From contig OZ250165.1 of the NCBI GenBank assembly GCA_965238005.1, positions 736,001-800,000 on the forward strand: a stretch of 64,000 nt of DNA, read 5' to 3'. Made by a program: the position numbers and the translations under genes. The notes below the pieces were generated by a model. That model was given only the letters and a program-made list of their open reading frames with translations, was not told where the DNA came from and did no database searches. Numbering within the stretch: position 1 is the stretch's first letter; each line of letters starts with the position of its first letter. The stretch comes from Longimicrobiales bacterium. GTDB lineage: Bacteria > Gemmatimonadota > Gemmatimonadetes > Longimicrobiales > Gaopeijiaceae. This document shows, piece after piece, positions 60,057-64,000 of the stretch.

Positions 60057-60107
60057 ATCCATTCAGGAACCATGGTGGACCAGTGCCGGGATGTTTCCGA
60101 GGTTCTT

Positions 60108-61091
60108 CTACCCGGCGTCCGCACGCACACCTTCACGAAGAAGCGCGATGCTGTTGATCCAGCCTTTCTCCCCACGACGCTCGGGAAGCACGACCTGGTA
60201 CCATGGATCGCCAGAGCGGTATTTCACTTCGAGTACGGAGATTAGGGTGCCGGCGGGCATGTACCTTATTCCTTGCAAATCCTCAAGACGCTTGGCATCG
60301 AGCGAAGGCATCAAGGGAACGCGGTCTCCAATCAGCCGATAAGACTTGCCAGCCTTCAAGCTGTTCCCGGCGATCAGTGACGCCTCGTGTACCTCTACTC
60401 CCGTCGCAAGCGGGCGAGCAATAGAGGTTTCGGCCTTCCCCGCCAGGTCTCGGCCTTGGACCGCCGCGATGAGGTCCGGGTATTCACGGGCTCCAAACCG
60501 ATTGCCGGAATTGTGGCCGTATGCGTAGGCGGAAATCTCCAGTTCTGACCGGACGGAAACCCCGGTTGTTGGCATTCCCAATTGGGAAAACTTGTTCAGT
60601 TCGGATTGGAGCGCGCGCGCCCACGCCGCATCGTCAATGCGGACCAAGCGGGGCTCTCGCCAGTCGCCAATCGTGCCAGCCTCCGAGAAGTAGTCGAGGC
60701 TGTACGTCTCCGCCTTGCCATCTGACCTGCCGTCGTAGAGCCGTGTGACGCTTAGCTTTACCTCAGCTCGGTCCGGAAGATTGGTGTGGAGCGACACGCG
60801 AATCCCGGCCGTTCCGGCACTCTCCCATCGCAGCTTTAATGTGTCTGCGGCCTTAGCCGCCGGAGCTGGCAGCGCTTTAGCCTCCGGCTCAGCGACTTGT
60901 GCCGTGCTGCTAGTGGCGGTAGCGACCTGTCCCGCACCCTCCGATCCATCGGACAACCCGATTCCGATGAAGAGTATCGCCCAGGACGCCAGCCACACGA
61001 GGAAGGATTTCCCTTTCGAATTCGAGCCGAACATCCCCAGGAAGGATACAGATCCGCTCAGCACGCTCAGGACAATCAGAAATGTGGCCAT
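60108..61091 (-). CDS. Membrane-anchored hypothetical protein with SH3-like C-terminus
   Basis: Two N-terminal TMs; ISVLEV...WYQVVL...KGWINS. Confidence 0.65.
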   Translation of the reverse strand: MATFLIVLSVLSGSVSFLGMFGSNSKGKSFLVWLASWAILFIGIGLSDGSEGAGQVATATSSTAQVAEPEAKALPAPAAKAADTLKLRWESAGTAGIRVSLHTNLPDRAEVKLSVTRLYDGRSDGKAETYSLDYFSEAGTIGDWREPRLVRIDDAAWARALQSELNKFSQLGMPTTGVSVRSELEISAYAYGHNSGNRFGAREYPDLIAAVQGRDLAGKAETSIARPLATGVEVHEASLIAGNSLKAGKSYRLIGDRVPLMPSLDAKRLEDLQGIRYMPAGTLISVLEVKYRSGDPWYQVVLPERRGEKGWINSIALLREGVRADAG

Positions 61092-61563
61092 GACCCTCAC
61101 TCCCGTGGTGGGCAATCCGTAGGCGTCGCACCCTTGTAGCGCGGGTTGAGTGCCGGTGTGTTGGCCCAATCGCGACCCTTCTTGCCCTTCTTATCGGACG
61201 TCATTATTAGCCGCCTTAACATGTGTTATCCCTTCCGGAGGTATCGGGGGGACCGTGAAATGCCAAGTCACGGGTCCGGCAGCCACTCGATGATGCACGG
61301 GCTCGCGGGCTCGCTTTAGCTGCCACCTATAGACTAAGTGAGCAACCAGCTTAACGGCGTCTTTTATGGCTCCGATGGCTTCCAGTATCCTCCATAACGA
61401 TTCGTCGTCGACAAAAGCGCTCGTGTTCATCTCGCGGATGTTGTGGCGTCCGGCGATCAGGCGTGGCTCTGGGATCTTGCGCTTGTGCGGCTTCACGGCA
61501 GGGAACCTCATATTCGGGGGATTCTACTTTTGGCTTGACGGGTTCGGCATCATCTAAAACTGG

Positions 61564-61821
61564 TTAGTCGGCGGGAGCCGGTCCAAGCCTGATCTCGACT
61601 GCCCGCAGCCGATCATCGATCCCGATCAGTTGTCCCTCGATCTTGTCGATCCGGGCGTTCACGCTGTTGAACCCCGAGACCATACCAGCATCTAAGCGAC
61701 CGACCTGAACAGCGAGATCCCCTACCTGCCCCATTAGGGCCAACATGAGTCCCGCTATCGTCACGAACCCGGTGATCATCCCCACGAATCCGCCGACCGT
61801 CGTCCAGCCATCACGTGTCAT
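61564..61821 (-). CDS. Small membrane protein with coiled coil
   Basis: N-terminal TM, heptad RIDKIEGQLIGIDDRLRAVE; GGAG RBS. Confidence 0.6.
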   Translation of the reverse strand: MTRDGWTTVGGFVGMITGFVTIAGLMLALMGQVGDLAVQVGRLDAGMVSGFNSVNARIDKIEGQLIGIDDRLRAVEIRLGPAPAD

Positions 61822-62049
61822 CGGGTGCCATCTCCGTCCGAAGGGCTCGCCACTGAATACACCTGCTTGCCGAGGCGTGTTTCAGTGTCGGGAAGAAGGA
61901 TAACTCCTAATATCGTGGTCCGTATACGTCAACACATTGCCTTGTGTCGTTTAGAAGCACTTGCCGTTACCCCCACGAACGCCCTATCCTTTCAGCTTGC
62001 AGATGTACAAGGACTTGATCGCGGATTGAAGGCTGTCCGCACCGCTATC

Positions 62050-62357
62050 TCTATCCGATTCGCGCAGACCTTGCGCACGCGCTGATCCGATTCGCGCACA
62101 ATACCGAGCACCGCCATGGCGGCATCTCGATGCTGACGCCCGAACAGGTCCACTTCGGTTTCGCCGATCAGGTCATCGCCCGCAGGAAGGCCGTGCTCCG
62201 CGAGGCATGGGCCGCTCATCCCGACCGCTTCGTCTCCGGTCAACCGAAGCCTAAACCACTCCCGGAGGCCGTCTGGATCAATCCTCCAAGCCCCACCCTC
62301 ACTACACAGGAGATTGCTCTCTAATTGATTCCCCCAAGTGTCTCATCCGGGTTGACA
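62050..62357 (+). mobile_element. IS end with repeated ATCCGATTCGCGCA abutting the 3' fragment of an IS3-like transposase
   Basis: 14-bp repeat at 62053 and 62085; NTEHRHGGISMLTPEQVHFG...HPDRF...VWINPP; terminus ...GTTGACA. Confidence 0.65.
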
Positions 62358-62433
62358 GGCTCCGAAACGCGGGAGGGATAGCCCAGGCTCGGGTTATCCA
62401 GGATTCTCACCGGCAGCGACGAGGACGGCCCTA

Positions 62434-62739
62434 CTAGTCCATGTACGGCATGGGCGGCACGAGCCCGCTGACGCGCGCGTAGACGGTCAGCGCGCCGCGA
62501 TGGTGCGCGGTGTGGTCGGTGATGGCGCTGATGATGGCCATGCGGGGTGCGCCGCCCATGATCGGCCCGTCGGCGATCGGCGCCGTCAACTCCGCGTTGC
62601 TCTTGGAGGACAGCGTGGCCTTGGCAACGGCCACCGCCTTGGCAAACCAAGCCCGCGCGTCGGTGAGCGAGCGGGTCGAGCGGTTGAAGAATTGCTCAGT
62701 GCTCTCGAGTTCGGCGACCGCCTGGTCTGCGAGTGACAT
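62434..62739 (-). pseudogene. DinB-family protein, apparently internally deleted
   Basis: DHTAHHRGALTVYAR...PPMPY motif; only 101 aa. Confidence 0.65.
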
Positions 62740-62862
62740 CGGATCCTCCTGACAGGGAGAAGAGGGCGCGGGCGGGCGGACAGCAGTCTCGGCGATTGAT
62801 CAAACAGGTGAGTGATCCGGGACCAAGCGTTCCATCGTGGCGGATAGGCTAGATCGTCGCTT

Positions 62863-63837
62863 TCACTCGCACACGATCCCGTCCCCGTCAGCATCGCGCA
62901 TGTACTGATAGGCGGGATGACCGCGGGGCACCGGTGCAATCCCATGTGCGCGGGCCTCAGCGCAGGTGATCCGGCCGTTGCCGTTATCGTCGTACTGACT
63001 GAGCGCGTCTCCACCCCGGGTTACCGTCGAGGGTACCGGCACTTGGCGCGCGGTGCTGCCCCTGTCCGCACGGCCGTCCGTTTCGCACACGATGCCGTCC
63101 CCGTCAGCATCGCGCATGTACTGATAGGCGGGATGACCGCGGGGCACCGGCGCGATCCCGTGTGCGCGGGCCTCGGCGCAGGTGATCTGGCCGTTGCCGT
63201 TGTCATCCCATTGGGCGACCGCAGCGCTGTCCGTGCCGACGGCGTCAGGGGAGTCGCCAGCAGAGGCAGGTGGAACGGTGCCACGACCCACCACGACCAA
63301 GCTGGTCGAGGTGCAACCAGCCAGTACGCGCTCAAGGGTATCGGCTTCGCGCCGGTCGATGGTGAGCCGGTACTTTTGACGAACCGCGATGACGCGACCA
63401 GCGAACCAACAAGTGTTCTGATCGGGAAGCCAATCGGTGGCGTCGCGGGCACCCTTCTGGCTACGGTTCACTCCGGGAGCCGCCAGCGTCAGGTTGAGCA
63501 GGTCGGTTGCGAAGCGACGCCGGGTCGCCTCGTCTGCTGTGCAGAGGCCACTGTCGTGCGCCTCTGAGCGCGCGACCATGTGCTCGATGTCGGTCTCGAA
63601 CTGGCTGGCGAACCATCGGCCGGTGTAGGGACCATAGACACCGCCGAGTTCGGTGACGATCTGATCTTCTACAGACTGTGGGTACCGGTAGTCGTCCGCG
63701 TTGTAGGCAGAGCAGCGCTGCTCGGGCGCGACAACTAGGCCACGCCACAATGATCGTTGCTGTTGTGCCCGAGCCGATGGGGGCACACATAACACTGCCA
63801 GCGCAGCACTGAGTAGGCCAATGATCGCTCGTCGCAT
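62863..63837 (-). CDS. Secreted DUF1524/HNH nuclease with two Excalibur Ca-binding domains
   Basis: Signal peptide; DIEHMVA..EA.DSG, DLLNL...VNRSQKG; two copies of ITCAEARAHG...YMRDADGDGIVCE. Confidence 0.85.
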   Translation of the reverse strand: MRRAIIGLLSAALAVLCVPPSARAQQQRSLWRGLVVAPEQRCSAYNADDYRYPQSVEDQIVTELGGVYGPYTGRWFASQFETDIEHMVARSEAHDSGLCTADEATRRRFATDLLNLTLAAPGVNRSQKGARDATDWLPDQNTCWFAGRVIAVRQKYRLTIDRREADTLERVLAGCTSTSLVVVGRGTVPPASAGDSPDAVGTDSAAVAQWDDNGNGQITCAEARAHGIAPVPRGHPAYQYMRDADGDGIVCETDGRADRGSTARQVPVPSTVTRGGDALSQYDDNGNGRITCAEARAHGIAPVPRGHPAYQYMRDADGDGIVCE

Positions 63838-64000
63838 ACGTGAGAGAGCTTTACTCTTTATGATGAGCCCTCCAGAAATGACCTGCCCCCAAGAGCGGAT
63901 TGGGGGTGGGTCAGAGGCAGCCTGCAGGAGCACGGGCCCTTCCAGCTTCTCCCATCTCGATCTAGGGTGAGAAACAGGCAATGGGGGCTGAACTACACGG

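Noticed and set aside
62863..63210. Near-identical ~130-bp direct repeats
   Set aside because: In-frame duplication of the Excalibur domain within one gene; no reverse transcriptase nearby, so not a DGR TR/VR pair.

Overview
High-GC bacterial accessory region made of mobile elements nested inside one another. No housekeeping, rRNA or tRNA genes were seen. The backbone is an ICE-like conjugation module on the minus strand: alpA-fusion regulator, virB2-B3-B4-B9-B10-B5-B6-B8, an uncharacterised ~306-aa gene, a cis cassette, and a virD4-like coupling protein. Small elements carrying P4-type tyrosine integrases interrupt mobility genes of other elements. Element B (5903-21420, 13-bp att core CTTGAGCGGGAAG) splits the gene downstream of virB8. 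Element A (right end ~4636, left end outside the window) interrupts the coupling-protein gene. Element D (43875-52630, 14-bp core CGGCGCAGCTAYGG) splits a second tyrosine recombinase gene. None of these shows a relaxase gene in the window. Each carries ColE1/MOBP5-like oriT-type sites next to the integrase 3' end, element B also carries copies of ICE cis motifs, and their cargo is rich in predicted defence nucleases (DUF262/HNH, SF1 helicase-Vsr, sacsin/NOV ATPase, GIY-YIG, DUF429, PIN, TA pairs). The window also holds a T4SS-deleted mini derivative of the ICE (41.9-53.8 kb), a passenger-carrying IS1-family element with an 8-bp TSD, IS3/IS256/IS21 remnants, two orphan CRISPR mini-arrays (I-E-like and I-C-like) without cas genes, and several secreted or surface proteins. 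All family assignments come from motif recognition by eye; no searches were run.
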